Below are positions 8,503 to 18,982 of a stretch of 57,574 nt of DNA, one piece after another. The position numbers and the translations under genes were made by a program. The stretch spans positions 1 through 57,574 of the IMG/VR virus record IMGVR_UViG_3300017788_000029; one strand, written 5' to 3'. The stretch comes from a virus. Taxonomy: Duplodnaviria > Caudoviricetes. The first letter of the stretch is position 1. Each line of letters begins with the position of its first letter. The notes under the pieces were generated by a model, which ran no database searches, was not told the DNA's origin, and worked only from the letters and a program-made list of their open reading frames with translations.

Positions 8503-10577
8503 GAGCCACCTCCTCGAAGGAACGGCACGTCAAGCACGGGCCCGTCCTCCGAGATCGTGACGTCGCGAAGCCGCGCGCGCTCCTCCTCCATCGCCGCCGG
8601 GATCTCCGGATCGTCTGGAGTGCGCGCGCGCCGATCCGCCGACGCGCGCCGAGCGTCCTGCGCCGCGGTGTCGGTGCGTCCGGCCGTGGCCTGGTCGACC
8701 GCGCGCGAAGGCACGCGCCGCCGCGTTGCCGTCTCCTGTGGAGCCGCCTCGTCCTCTCGGACGACGATGAAATTCACGAAGTCGACGACGATCGAGATCC
8801 CCTCCTCGGCGTCGAACGAGATCCTCGCGTTCTGGACGCGGAACACGGTCTGGAAACCGGAGGCGTCTTGTAGCTCGGCGAACCGTTCCGCGACGTCGGC
8901 CGACCACCCGAGCGACTGGAGATACCGCGCGCGCGCCTCTCTCGTCTGCGCCTGGATCGTCGTCGCGGTCGAGGGCGCGGAGGTCGGATCCGACCGATCG
9001 GCTGCCGCCACGAGGATCTCGACCGGATCTCCGGAGAGGAGCGAGAGGAGATCCGAGGCGTCCTCCTCCGATCCGAACGAGCGGAGGTCCGAGGTCTTGA
9101 AGTTTCCCTCGATCTCCTGGCGGCCGATCTGCTCGTAGAGCGAGCGAGCGATCGACGCGAGCGCGCCCGGAGAGCCTCCGTAGCGCACGGTGAACGTCTG
9201 CACGCGCTCGTCGGGGTTCGCGCCCGTTGGACCCACCTCGTTCGCGCGGAGCGCCGCCGGAGGATTGTCCTGCCCCAGGACGCCCTCGCGCCGTTCTCCC
9301 TCGCGGACCGGCCAACGGGCCCAGCGCGTCCGCCCGATCGTCGGGTCGTAGGCTCGGACCTCGATGGTGGGGACCTTCACGCCGCCGAGCTTCCGCGTGA
9401 ACTGGAGGCTCGTGAGGTTCCGCCCGTAGATCATCCGACGTGGCTGGGAAGCTCCCGTTGGACCTCTCCCGGTGAAGAGGGTCCGCGGGTTGATGAGGCG
9501 AAGCTCGTAGTCACGGACGAGCGGAACGACGCCGCACTGCACGCAGACGTCGGTGATGTGGTCCCAGACCGTCATCCGTTGGTCGCCGCTCCTCGGCTGC
9601 CTCGCGACGCGCCCTCGGCGAGCGCGAGAGACCGCGGGGACGGCATCGCCGGGCGTCGGAGCCTGGCCCGGCGTCGGGTCGGAGACGTCGCCCCACACGA
9701 CGCGGAGGCCGGCCGCGGTCGGGTACTGCTCCAGGAGCCTCGTCACGCCGACGTCGACCGGCACGAGGAGGTCGATCCGGTTGTTCCCCAGCGGCGTGTC
9801 GATGAGCAGCGCGGTCATGTCGCGCGCCTCCATCGTGACGATCTCGCCGTCGTCCGGGTCGTAGCTCACGGTCCAGTCGTCGACCCACCCGACGAACCGC
9901 GTGGCCGTCTGGCTCACCGGGCCCGCGGGGATCTGCTCGACGATCGAGCGAAGGCCTCCGCTCGCTCGCCGCTCGCCGCGCACGCCGGCTTGGAAGTCGT
10001 CGGCCGAGACGGCTCCCAGGATGACCTCGATCCCGCACGCGCGGACGAGCCGAGGATCGAACGGGACATCCGCCCACGCGATGTCGACGCGCGCCGTGTC
10101 CGCCTCCCTGAACCCGTTGCGCTCGATCTCGACGCTCGCGGGGATGATGCCGCCGCGCACGAAGCGGTCGTCCGGGCTCGCTCCGCTCATCGCCTCGACG
10201 CGCGAGCCGGGAGACCCGAGCCCGGAGAGGCGAGCGACGAGCCGGTTCCGCTGCGCTCGGAGGCGTCGAACCGTCGTCCCTCCCTGCCCCTCGTCCGACG
10301 CGCCCTCGGCTCCGGTCGTCTCGCTGTCGCGCTCCTCCGACGCCTGGCGGAGCGCCGTTCGGATCTGCGTGTTGAGCCTCGCGATCTGCGTGGTCAACTC
10401 CCGCGCCGTCGCCGCCGGATCCGAGGGCGGCTGGCTCGCGGGCCCCTCCGCCACGCGCGCGATGTCCGCGCCGCCCAGCCGTTGCTCCAGCGGGTGCGTG
10501 TCCGACAACTCGTCCACGCGGATCCACAGCGCGACCTGCGCCGAGACCCGGTAGACGTTGCGCGTGTAGGCCGTCAC
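8499..10577 (-). CDS. Baseplate hub protein (GpD/gp27-like)
   Basis: FVGWVDDW, VTMEARDMTALLID and IYGRNLTSLQFTR motifs; position between the LysM protein and spike. Start reassigned to GTG at 10577. Confidence 0.75.
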   Translation of the reverse strand: MTAYTRNVYRVSAQVALWIRVDELSDTHPLEQRLGGADIARVAEGPASQPPSDPAATARELTTQIARLNTQIRTALRQASEERDSETTGAEGASDEGQGGTTVRRLRAQRNRLVARLSGLGSPGSRVEAMSGASPDDRFVRGGIIPASVEIERNGFREADTARVDIAWADVPFDPRLVRACGIEVILGAVSADDFQAGVRGERRASGGLRSIVEQIPAGPVSQTATRFVGWVDDWTVSYDPDDGEIVTMEARDMTALLIDTPLGNNRIDLLVPVDVGVTRLLEQYPTAAGLRVVWGDVSDPTPGQAPTPGDAVPAVSRARRGRVARQPRSGDQRMTVWDHITDVCVQCGVVPLVRDYELRLINPRTLFTGRGPTGASQPRRMIYGRNLTSLQFTRKLGGVKVPTIEVRAYDPTIGRTRWARWPVREGERREGVLGQDNPPAALRANEVGPTGANPDERVQTFTVRYGGSPGALASIARSLYEQIGRQEIEGNFKTSDLRSFGSEEDASDLLSLLSGDPVEILVAAADRSDPTSAPSTATTIQAQTREARARYLQSLGWSADVAERFAELQDASGFQTVFRVQNARISFDAEEGISIVVDFVNFIVVREDEAAPQETATRRRVPSRAVDQATAGRTDTAAQDARRASADRRARTPDDPEIPAAMEEERARLRDVTISEDGPVLDVPFLRGGGS

Positions 10578-10581
10578 GAGG

Positions 10582-11640
10582 TCACCCCTGCGCGCGCGCC
10601 GTGGAGGCGGGCACGACGACGATCGTCCCGGCCTCGACGATCGCACCCACGAGGTCGTTCGCGTCGGCGATCTGCTGCCACGAGTCGGCGGTGCCGTAGT
10701 AGACGCGCGCGAGGTCTCGGAGCGTTTGATCTCCGGGCATCACGACGACCGCGATCGCGCTCGGGATCGCCGCCTTCGCGACCTCGATCGAGCGCCGCTG
10801 GCACGACGCGCGAAGACGTCGCGACGCCTCGGCGGTCGACATCCTCCACGCCTCGCACGCGAACACCTCCACCACCGTGTCGAGCAGCTGCGCCTCGGTG
10901 TAGGGCCGATCCGAGAGCGCGAGGAGGGTTCCGCCGACGCCCGTTCGGACGCTCTCGGCGGAGGAGAGCGCGGCCTGAACCGTCGCGATCGAGGTGTTGA
11001 CCTGCACGCGGATCTCCTGGAGCGCGACGAATAGCTGGCCGACGTTCACCCGCGTCTCGTTCGTCTGCTCGGTGACGCTCTCCTGGTAGTCCGAGTCGAT
11101 CGAGGCCGGATCCGCCACGAGCGCGTCGTCGACCTGCGTGCTTGCGTCCTCCACCGAGGAGTCGTCCGACGGTGCCGCGGTCGCGCGAGCGGGGATCTCG
11201 CTCGCCCCGGACCACTCGAACTCCGCCGTCCACCGCACATCCTGCGGTCGGATCCAGACGTGCTCGAAGTTGACCATCACGCCGTAGCGGACGATCGGGC
11301 CCCATTGGACCGCGAGGTTGTTCCCCGAGGTCACGAGCGACTCGAAGAGTCGCACGGCCTCCTCCGGCCGCGTGATCTCCTCGCCCGTGCTCACGACGAT
11401 CGCGCCCGTGAGGAAGCGTTGCTTCCACATCCCCTCGATCGTCGTGTTGTCGAAGTCGGGCCCGAGGATCTGGATCGTCCCCACGGGGTTGCCGGCGTAG
11501 GTCGATTTCTTCGTCCTCTGCCGCGCGTTCCAGCCGACGCCCTGGTAGGGCAGCGCGCGCCCCTGGAGGAGCACGACCCGCTGCTCTCCGGTCAACTCCT
11601 CGATGCCGAAGCCGGGAGCCTGTGAGGTCGGAGGAGGCAT
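10582..11640 (-). CDS. Tail tube initiator with C-terminal LysM (GpU/GpX-like fusion)
   Basis: C-terminal GDQTLRDLARVYYGTADSWQQIADANDL is a phage LysM; directly after the tape measure gene. Confidence 0.85.
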   Translation of the reverse strand: MPPPTSQAPGFGIEELTGEQRVVLLQGRALPYQGVGWNARQRTKKSTYAGNPVGTIQILGPDFDNTTIEGMWKQRFLTGAIVVSTGEEITRPEEAVRLFESLVTSGNNLAVQWGPIVRYGVMVNFEHVWIRPQDVRWTAEFEWSGASEIPARATAAPSDDSSVEDASTQVDDALVADPASIDSDYQESVTEQTNETRVNVGQLFVALQEIRVQVNTSIATVQAALSSAESVRTGVGGTLLALSDRPYTEAQLLDTVVEVFACEAWRMSTAEASRRLRASCQRRSIEVAKAAIPSAIAVVVMPGDQTLRDLARVYYGTADSWQQIADANDLVGAIVEAGTIVVVPASTARAQG

Positions 11641-11643
11641 CGC

Positions 11644-13557
11644 TCACCTCGTGAGAGCGGGGACGAACCCCGACTGCGTGCGCTGCTCGGCGAGCCGCGC
11701 GATGTCGTTGATCATATCGACCGCGACCCGATCCGGGTCGGCCTCTCGGAACTCCTGCCGGACCGAGATCCGAGAGCCGCGGAAGTCGTTGTGCGTCGTC
11801 GATCGGCCCGTCGGAGGAGCGGTCAGCGAAGGCTCGGGAGCCTCCGCGTCGCGCGTGGTCTGGTCGCGGAGGTCGCTCACCGCGCGATGCGCCGCCTCCT
11901 GCGCCTCGCGGTCGCGCGCCGCCGAGTTGGTGGCGTCTCCGAACAGGTCTCCGATCATCACGGAGATGTACCGCGCCGCCTCCAGGAACGACTCCACGGC
12001 TTCGTCGAGATAGCCCTGCACGGCCTCGGCGACGTAGGCCGTGATCTCCAGGAAGTCGGCGAACGCAGCCGCCGCTCCTCGGATGACGACGAGGAGCAGC
12101 TGGAGCGTCGGGATGAGGATCGCCGCGAGGATGAAGCCGAGGCCATCGAGCATGGGCGAGAGGGTCTGGCCGCCGAACAGTCCGATCCGTTCGAACTCCG
12201 AGTAGACGCCTTCGAGCATCGGCGTGAGCGGCTCGAACACGGCCAGGATCCCATCCCAATACTCGGTGGCGAACGAGACGAGCGACGTCACCGCGCCGAG
12301 CGCGAGCGCGAGCGGAGCCGCCGCGAGCGAGAGCCCTTCGAGGATCGGTCCGAGAGCCGCGAGGCCGCCCGCGCCGCCCGCGCCCGCCGCCGCCGCTGCG
12401 CCTCCGGCCGCCGCCGCTCCGCCCTCGGCCGCCGCTGCTCCTCCGCCGATGAGGCCGCCGAGGCTTCCCACGAAGCTCGCGCCCGCGCCGAGCGCGGAGA
12501 TGCCCGAGCCGACGACCTGCCGCCCGATCTGGATCATCGCGAACGAGCGCGCCGCCGCCATCAGGTAGGGGGCCATCCGGTAGACCGTCGCCACGACGCG
12601 CTCGATCTGGGCCTGGAACTCCCCCCAATGGGCCGTGATGTAGTCGATCCCGGCGAAGGCCCGATCGAAGACGTTGGAGAGCGCGCCGGCCGCTCGCTCG
12701 CCGAGGTTGCTCAGGACGTTCTCGATGCCCTGGCGGTTCGCCAGCAGCCGATCGTTGACGCCCCCCAGCGAGCGCGCGAGCACGTCGAACACCGGGCGGA
12801 AGGCCGCCCGCCGCAGCTGCTCGGCCACGTCCTGGAAGGACGAGGTGACGCCAGGGAGCGAGGTCGCGTAAGCCTCGCCCGCCGCGTCGAACCCCTGGAG
12901 CGCGCGCTGGAGGCGCTGGATGCGCTCGGCCTGCGTGAGGCGGTTGAACTCCTGCGCGTCCTCGGTGATCGCGCCCATGGAGCGCAGCGAGGAGAAGAGC
13001 CGCACGTCGACGCCAGCGGCACCGCGCACCATGGCCGAGATGTCTCGGGAGGCCTGCTGGAAGTCCACCCCGAGCGCCGAGGCCGCCAGCGCCGTCTGGC
13101 TGGTGATCCCGAGCACCTCGTCCAGGGCGAACCCGGCGTTGCGGATCGGCCCGTAGATCGCCGAGTAGATCGAGAACAACTCCTCCGTCGTGGCGGTGCT
13201 CCGTAGCGCCTCGTCGGTGAGGTCGCGGAACACCGACCCGGCCACCTGTCGGGCTTGCTCGAACGAGAGCCCCTCGACCGAGGCCATGATCGACGACAGG
13301 CCGATCTCGGTCGTCTGCATCGACGTCTCGAACTCGGCCGCGGAGCGGACGAGCCCGGAGAAGCCGGACGCGAGCGCGTTCACGCCGACGTAGCCCGCTC
13401 CGAGCGCGAGGACGTTCTGGACCATCCCGCCGAACATCCCGTTCGCGCCGCTGATCCGGTCTCCGAGCGCCGAGAGTTGGCCACCGAGCGACCGGATGCC
13501 ACCGAGCGCCGCTCGGGTCTCCAGCGATAGGACCGCCTCGATGTCGAAGTCCGTCAC
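11644..13557 (-). CDS. Tape measure protein
   Basis: 637 aa, Ala/Gly-rich, helical, with hydrophobic stretches; follows the tail chaperone pair. Confidence 0.85.
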   Translation of the reverse strand: MTDFDIEAVLSLETRAALGGIRSLGGQLSALGDRISGANGMFGGMVQNVLALGAGYVGVNALASGFSGLVRSAAEFETSMQTTEIGLSSIMASVEGLSFEQARQVAGSVFRDLTDEALRSTATTEELFSIYSAIYGPIRNAGFALDEVLGITSQTALAASALGVDFQQASRDISAMVRGAAGVDVRLFSSLRSMGAITEDAQEFNRLTQAERIQRLQRALQGFDAAGEAYATSLPGVTSSFQDVAEQLRRAAFRPVFDVLARSLGGVNDRLLANRQGIENVLSNLGERAAGALSNVFDRAFAGIDYITAHWGEFQAQIERVVATVYRMAPYLMAAARSFAMIQIGRQVVGSGISALGAGASFVGSLGGLIGGGAAAAEGGAAAAGGAAAAAGAGGAGGLAALGPILEGLSLAAAPLALALGAVTSLVSFATEYWDGILAVFEPLTPMLEGVYSEFERIGLFGGQTLSPMLDGLGFILAAILIPTLQLLLVVIRGAAAAFADFLEITAYVAEAVQGYLDEAVESFLEAARYISVMIGDLFGDATNSAARDREAQEAAHRAVSDLRDQTTRDAEAPEPSLTAPPTGRSTTHNDFRGSRISVRQEFREADPDRVAVDMINDIARLAEQRTQSGFVPALTR

Positions 13558-13593
13558 GCGTCCGATCCTACACGGTTCAGAGGAGCCGCGCCG

Positions 13594-13848
13594 TCACGAC
13601 CTCGGCTTGTTCTCCCCCTCTACGATGACCTGCAACTCGTCGGCGAAGAGGAGGCCCGCTCGCGTCTCCATGTGGAGCGCCTCGGTCAGCGGGATGTGCC
13701 CGTAGCGGCAGATCCACGCGAGCCGCCTCCAGATCTTCCTCTCGTAGTCGGACACCGAGCGCCGAGCCCAGGTCGAGATCCACGCGAGATAGCTCGCGTA
13801 GAGCCCTTCCCGGTTCAGTGAACGCGCAGCGTCCTCCGCGCTTTTCCC
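13594..13848 (-). CDS. Tail assembly chaperone, -1 frameshift extension (gpT-like)
   Basis: The -1 frame after slippery G GGA AAA (13842-13848) is open to 13594 and reads ...IWRRLAWICRYGHIPLTEALHM...; no independent start or SD seen. Confidence 0.7.
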   Translation of the reverse strand, partial: GKSAEDAARSLNREGLYASYLAWISTWARRSVSDYERKIWRRLAWICRYGHIPLTEALHMETRAGLLFADELQVIVEGENKPRS

Positions 13849-14321
13849 GCGGCACCCGCTGCCGTCCCGGTCAACTCGGCGAACATGCCCGTGATGATCT
13901 GCCGGCCGCCGACGTCGAGCGCGCCCCACAACCAGTCGTCCACGCCCGGCGGGATCGGCGACCCGTTGATCGCCTCCATCGAGTGGCGGGCCATCGTGAA
14001 CGCCATCGAGATGGAGTCGCCCTTCGCCTCCGCGATCGCTCGAAGCTCGTCCGACGGCGTGAGCGACGCCAGCGTGATCTCGAAGTCCTCGGCGAACACG
14101 CCCGGAGCGCACACCGTGTGGTCGACGAAGAACGAGACGCGCCGCCTCGGGAGAGGACGAGCCGCCGCGAGGGAGGAGCCGGCGAAGGCGCCGAACGCCG
14201 CCGCGAGCACGCCTGGGTCGAGAGCCGCTCGGCGCTTCTCCAACTCCGCCGCCGCGAGTTGCGCGGCTTGCTCGGGCGTCAGGGGAGCCGTGGGGGTTCC
14301 GATCGGGTTCTTGGGATCCAT
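13815..14321 (-). CDS. Tail assembly chaperone (gpG-like)
   Basis: Between tail tube and tape measure genes; ends ...AAGKARRTLRVH with the slippery site at the GK codons. Confidence 0.75.
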   Translation of the reverse strand: MDPKNPIGTPTAPLTPEQAAQLAAAELEKRRAALDPGVLAAAFGAFAGSSLAAARPLPRRRVSFFVDHTVCAPGVFAEDFEITLASLTPSDELRAIAEAKGDSISMAFTMARHSMEAINGSPIPPGVDDWLWGALDVGGRQIITGMFAELTGTAAGAAGKARRTLRVH

Positions 14322-14439
14322 CGTCTGCCTGCCTTCCATGTAGGCCGCGGGTCCTCCGGAGGCATGGAGTGCTGCCCCGGCCAAGGGCAGCCCTCCGGAG
14401 GGCTCGCGGTGTCGTCAAGCGCGCGGAGCGCGAGGGCGA

Positions 14440-14874
14440 TCAATAAAAGAACCGAACGTCCTCGCACTCGAACTCGACCGTCCCCTGCACGAACTCGTCG
14501 CGCGCTCCAGCGTTGACCGGGAGGGGACCGAAGAAGAGGTCCGTGAGGACGGCGCGCGGTCGCTGGCCGTTCGGGAGGGAGAACGCGCAGGTCGCCGTGA
14601 ACTGCGCGTTGGTCGCCTCTCGGCGCTGCGAGCGGAGCTTCACCTGGTCGGCAAACCGGAAGTAGTCCTGCGAGGAGATGTGGACCTCCATCCGGCCGCG
14701 GACGCCCTTGAACACGTCGTCCTTCCGCTCCGAGGTCTCTCCCAGGTAGCCCTCGGAGAGAATCTCGGTCTGGATCTCGAACTCGAACGACTGGATCGCG
14801 TCGAGCGCCGTGATGGTCCCGTTCGGGCCGGTGAACGTGATCCGCGTCTCCTGGCCTTTGACTCGCTGCGCCAT
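14440..14874 (-). CDS. Tail tube protein
   Basis: 144 aa beta protein directly downstream of the sheath; strong AGAAGGAG SD. Confidence 0.8.
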   Translation of the reverse strand: MAQRVKGQETRITFTGPNGTITALDAIQSFEFEIQTEILSEGYLGETSERKDDVFKGVRGRMEVHISSQDYFRFADQVKLRSQRREATNAQFTATCAFSLPNGQRPRAVLTDLFFGPLPVNAGARDEFVQGTVEFECEDVRFFY

Positions 14875-14921
14875 GCTCTGCTCCTTCTAGGTCTCTCGGG
14901 TCGGGTGGTCCGCGGAGGATC

Positions 14922-17141
14922 TCAGGTCGCCGTGACGATGACGACGCCCTCGCCGATCTCGGTCTGCACCACGATCGCGTCGAGGCTCGAAAGGGTCCGG
15001 ACGCGCGTGATGAAGACGACGATGCCGCGCGCCTCCATCGACGGGGTGTTCCCCGAGATCGGGTCCACGGCGTAGTCGTTGATCCGCTGGGTCTCGGGGT
15101 TGTTCGGTGAGAGGAGGTCGTTCAGGAACTGGTCGATGTCCGCCCGGACGCCCTCTCGCCGCGACTGCGTGGAGAGCTTCTTGGAGTAGGGCACGAGCCG
15201 CTGGGCAAGCGTGTCCTGGATGAAGTCGGCCATCTTCCGGCGGGCCTGCGTCGTGAGGCCCGGCGTGACATTGCTCGTGATGCCCGACTGGTAGATCGAG
15301 CCCGAGATCGGGTCGCGCCGAGGAGCGGAGATGCCCGCGGCCTTGAGGCGCGTGTACGCGCCGATGTCGAGCGGGGAGGAGGTCGCCTCGACCGCGAAGA
15401 ACTGCTCGATCAGCCCGGTCTGCTGGCCGGGGTTCTCCTCCGGCGGAAGCTGGCAGTCGAGCGTTGCCAGAGGACCGTCGCCGCGGACCGTGATCACGCC
15501 ATCGGCCGTGAAGCCGAGGCCGCCCGCGAGACCCAGGAAGGCGATCTCGGGGATGCGAACGCTCCAGCCGGGCCAGGTGTAGAACACCCGGTCCGAGCGC
15601 CAGAGAGCGACGTCGGCCTGGGCCTGGGACTGCGTGAAGCCGATCGGCGCTCCGGTGAGGAACTTCCGGCCGAAGTGACCTCCCGCGCTCGCGTCGATCG
15701 CGTTCTCGCGACCCTTCCGGATCACCGCGGTCGAGCGACGAGCGGAGATCGAGAAGTTGGCTTCGCGCGCCGGACTCGCGAGGTTCAGGGTCGCGTCGAA
15801 CGCCGCCTCATAGGCCACGTCCAGCTGGTTCTCGGTGAGCGCCGCCGAGAGGGCGATCGGGTTCGTCACCGTGACCTCGCCCCACAGCGGCTGGTCGACG
15901 ACGACCGTGACGGTCGAGGCCGCCGCCGCCGCTCCGGTCCCGTCGTCGAGCGCCGGCCGGACCTTGACGGTGTGCGGGCCGGGGTTCCCGCTCGCGCTCG
16001 TCCCCTCGGCGACGATGAGCGTCTGCATCGTCACCCACTCGGCTCCGCCGACGGTCCGGACGCGTGTGCCGGCGGGGATCGTCCCGGCCGCGTGGACGTC
16101 GGCTTCGGCGAGGACCGCGACCGGGAGCCCGAGCGCCGTGGCCACCGCGGAGGCGTTGATCGTGATCTGGCCGGCTCCGGGCGTCGTCGAGAACACGCGG
16201 AGCGAGCCATCGGCCTGCGCGCGCGCGGAGCAGTTGATCGCCGAGAGCGCGACCGTGGCGTTGATGATCGTCGCCATCTCCGTGGCCGTCACCGCGGTCC
16301 GGTCGGCGACGTTGCCGGTGCCCGCCGTCGTGCCCGCCGCGTGGCCGATCGCCGCGAGCGCGCCCGCGGAGACGTCCGCGAGCGTGACCTCACCCGCGGT
16401 GCCCTCGATGAGACCTCGGATGCGGAGGCCGCCCGGAACGTCCGCCGCCGCGTAGCCGAGCGCGAGGTTGATCCGCGCTGCGACCTGGGCGGGCGTCTGG
16501 TCCGCCGCCGCGAAGGTCACGGGGACCACCACGCCGTTGTCGATCTGGACCGTGATCTGCTCTCCGCCGACGTAGCCCGAGTTGACGAACACGCCGCCCG
16601 TGATGGAGGCGCGCGCCGCCGCGATCGCGGTCGAGAGCGCCGGTCCACCGACATCGGTGGTCACCGACAGCTGGTCTCCGACCGCGAGCGTGAAGGGCCC
16701 GACGTCGCTCTCGTGGAACGCGATCGGGGAGAACGCGACCGAGCCCACCGACGTGTCGACGCGCGCGAGGATGAGGCGTCGCGGACGCATGAACTTGAGC
16801 TTGATGAAGCCCGAGCCGTTCCAGAACTCGGAGAGATGCCGGCGAGCCGCCGGGTTCTGGTAGGGCGTCGTCCCGTAGGTGAAGCCGAAGCCGCCGCTCC
16901 GCTGGCGGAGATCCTCGGAGGAGAACACCTCGAACACGCCTCGGGTCGCGGGGTCGTACTCCGCCGCGTCGCCTCCGACCGCGAAGGCCCCGTCTTCGAA
17001 CTCGCCGAGGACGAGCGCCGTCCCGCTTCCTACGCCGGTCGTTGGCGCAGGGGGCGGGAGGTCCACGATGTTGACCGCCTCGATCTCGGCGAGCACCTCG
17101 ATCGAAGGGAAGCTGGTGAACCGTCGCACGAATCCGGCCAT
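14922..17141 (-). CDS. Contractile tail sheath protein
   Basis: N-terminal VLGEFEDG; C-terminal RRKMADFIQDTL...INDYAVD...NTPSMEARGIVVFITRVRTLSSLDAIVVQTEIG sheath signature. Confidence 0.92.
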   Translation of the reverse strand: MAGFVRRFTSFPSIEVLAEIEAVNIVDLPPPAPTTGVGSGTALVLGEFEDGAFAVGGDAAEYDPATRGVFEVFSSEDLRQRSGGFGFTYGTTPYQNPAARRHLSEFWNGSGFIKLKFMRPRRLILARVDTSVGSVAFSPIAFHESDVGPFTLAVGDQLSVTTDVGGPALSTAIAAARASITGGVFVNSGYVGGEQITVQIDNGVVVPVTFAAADQTPAQVAARINLALGYAAADVPGGLRIRGLIEGTAGEVTLADVSAGALAAIGHAAGTTAGTGNVADRTAVTATEMATIINATVALSAINCSARAQADGSLRVFSTTPGAGQITINASAVATALGLPVAVLAEADVHAAGTIPAGTRVRTVGGAEWVTMQTLIVAEGTSASGNPGPHTVKVRPALDDGTGAAAAASTVTVVVDQPLWGEVTVTNPIALSAALTENQLDVAYEAAFDATLNLASPAREANFSISARRSTAVIRKGRENAIDASAGGHFGRKFLTGAPIGFTQSQAQADVALWRSDRVFYTWPGWSVRIPEIAFLGLAGGLGFTADGVITVRGDGPLATLDCQLPPEENPGQQTGLIEQFFAVEATSSPLDIGAYTRLKAAGISAPRRDPISGSIYQSGITSNVTPGLTTQARRKMADFIQDTLAQRLVPYSKKLSTQSRREGVRADIDQFLNDLLSPNNPETQRINDYAVDPISGNTPSMEARGIVVFITRVRTLSSLDAIVVQTEIGEGVVIVTAT

Positions 17142-17195
17142 GGTGATCGCTCCTTGCGCGCGCCTTCGCGCCTCGGGAGCGAGGGTAGCACGGCG

Positions 17196-17894
17196 TCAGT
17201 CCGGCGTGTCGAGCCGTCGGAACTCCTCGGGGGTGGGCCCGACGTCGACCATCTCTCCGACCTCGGCGAGCACCACCGACGGCTCGAAGGGAACCGCGCA
17301 GCGGAGGTCGACCACATCGACGTCGAGGCGGACGACGGCCATCAGCCGCCGCTCCCGGACGTAGACCGTCGACACCTCGTCCATCCGACGCCACGAGACC
17401 AGCGACGCGCGCACGGGCCGCTGCCAGTAGCGGGGCGTCCCTCGGAGAACCACGCGGGTCGCGTCCTCGCCCGGAGCGAAGAGGGACGGCAGCTGCGCCG
17501 CGATCGCCTCCCGCGTGGGCTTGTTGTCGGTCCAGAAGTCGACCTGGAACGTCGCCGTCATCTCGCCGAGCTTCCAGAGGACCGTCCCGGCTCCGAACTG
17601 GTCCCAGGTGTCCTCCAACGGCACGGGGACGAACGAGGAGGCGGACACCGGGATGTCCTCACGATCGGTGATCGACACCGACGGGTAGGTCATCTGCTTT
17701 TTCGGCTCCGGCCACTCGTCGAGCACCTCGCGGAGCCGGAACGGCGTGTCGATGTCCTGGCCGCCGCCGAGGAGGAACTCCGCGCACCGGAGGTACTCCC
17801 CGAGCACGAGCGCCGCCGCGCCGCGCGCATCGATCGTCGCGCGCCGTGCCGGCGGACGAGCGTCGGCGGGGACGAGGATGGAGCCCACGGACAT
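17196..17894 (-). CDS. Tail terminator or neck protein
   Basis: YPSVSI motif and position just before the sheath gene. Confidence 0.6.
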   Translation of the reverse strand: MSVGSILVPADARPPARRATIDARGAAALVLGEYLRCAEFLLGGGQDIDTPFRLREVLDEWPEPKKQMTYPSVSITDREDIPVSASSFVPVPLEDTWDQFGAGTVLWKLGEMTATFQVDFWTDNKPTREAIAAQLPSLFAPGEDATRVVLRGTPRYWQRPVRASLVSWRRMDEVSTVYVRERRLMAVVRLDVDVVDLRCAVPFEPSVVLAEVGEMVDVGPTPEEFRRLDTPD

Positions 17895-17914
17895 CGCCCG
17901 AGGCTAGCACGGGC

Positions 17915-18397
17915 TCACCGGCCTCGAACGCGTCCGAAGCCGATCCGGCTCAACTCCTGGAGGATCTCCTCGCGGATCAACGGCTTTGCGCGCTCCACGG
18001 CTTTCTCGAAGTAGTGCCGGGGTGCCGTCCCCTCTCGGGCGATCTTCCGCTGGATCGCGCGCGCCGCGCCCGCGTCGAGACCCTTCCGGTTCGCCCACTC
18101 CAGGAGCGGAGCGAGCGGAGGCGTGTGCGGGCGGGTGCCGTACTCCAGGAACGCCGCGTGAGGAGCATCGACGTGGACGATCGCACCGTCGGAGATCGAC
18201 GTCACGTTCACCGAGTTGCGAAGCTCGCCCGTGTCGACCGCGGGGTAGGGCTTGGCCGCGTCGATTTCGTTGATGGTCGCGACCTGGAGCCGGAGCGCGC
18301 CGCTCCGGAGGCCCGTGATGCACGCGTCTCGGATCTCGGGCGTCATCCTCGCGAGGAACCGCGTGAACTCAGGGATCGTCACGCGATAGCGCGCCAC
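17915..18397 (-). CDS. HK97 gp10-like tail completion/neck protein
   Basis: PAVDTGELRNS, HAAFLEYGTRPH and GTAPRHYFEKA motifs. Confidence 0.85.
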   Translation of the reverse strand: MARYRVTIPEFTRFLARMTPEIRDACITGLRSGALRLQVATINEIDAAKPYPAVDTGELRNSVNVTSISDGAIVHVDAPHAAFLEYGTRPHTPPLAPLLEWANRKGLDAGAARAIQRKIAREGTAPRHYFEKAVERAKPLIREEILQELSRIGFGRVRGR

Positions 18398-18400
18398 GGA

Positions 18401-18964
18401 TCACTCCTCTCCGACGTAGGGCACCGAGCCGTTCCTCCGCCGGTCGGTGTCCTGGCGGAGGAGCTTCGCGACCCACTGGAAGCGGTCGACCTCTCGGAAC
18501 GGCATCCCCGAGACGACGAACCTACGCCGCTCGGTCGAGCCGTCGCGCGCATCCACGCGGACCTCGACGAACGTCTCTACGCCGGGCTCCTCGTCGCAGC
18601 CGAAGAGGCTGCGCACCTCGTCCTCGGTGTAGCGCGGGCTGATCGCCGTGAGCCGCGCGCTCCCGCGCTCGACAAGGCCGCCCGTCTTGGGCTCGTTGTT
18701 CACCGACGGCTCGGCGAGCTTCGGCGTCGGGAGGAACTCCCGCTCAGCCGACGTCGGCGTGCCGCGCCCGATCTCGCCGCCCGTCCACCGGACGACGACC
18801 GAGAACACGCGGTAGGGCCGCATCCCGAGGTCCACGCCGATCTGACGCAGGTCGTCGGCGACTCCTCCGAGGCTCTCCACGAGGCTCTCGGCTGGGTCGC
18901 ACGCTGGACCAAGCGCGGGATCGGTCGACGGGACCTGCCACCGGGGGTTGCACGGGTCGCTCAT
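18401..18964 (-). CDS. Head closure (stopper) protein
   Basis: Beta-rich, 187 aa, between the adaptor and gp10-like genes; assigned by synteny. Confidence 0.55.
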   Translation of the reverse strand: MSDPCNPRWQVPSTDPALGPACDPAESLVESLGGVADDLRQIGVDLGMRPYRVFSVVVRWTGGEIGRGTPTSAEREFLPTPKLAEPSVNNEPKTGGLVERGSARLTAISPRYTEDEVRSLFGCDEEPGVETFVEVRVDARDGSTERRRFVVSGMPFREVDRFQWVAKLLRQDTDRRRNGSVPYVGEE

Positions 18965-18982
18965 CCCCCGAGGATAGCGCGC

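Noticed and set aside
14390-14405. Perfect palindrome AGCCCTCCGGAGGGCT between tube and chaperone genes
   Set aside because: Single GC-rich copy with no U tract or second occurrence; could be an attenuator but cannot be supported.
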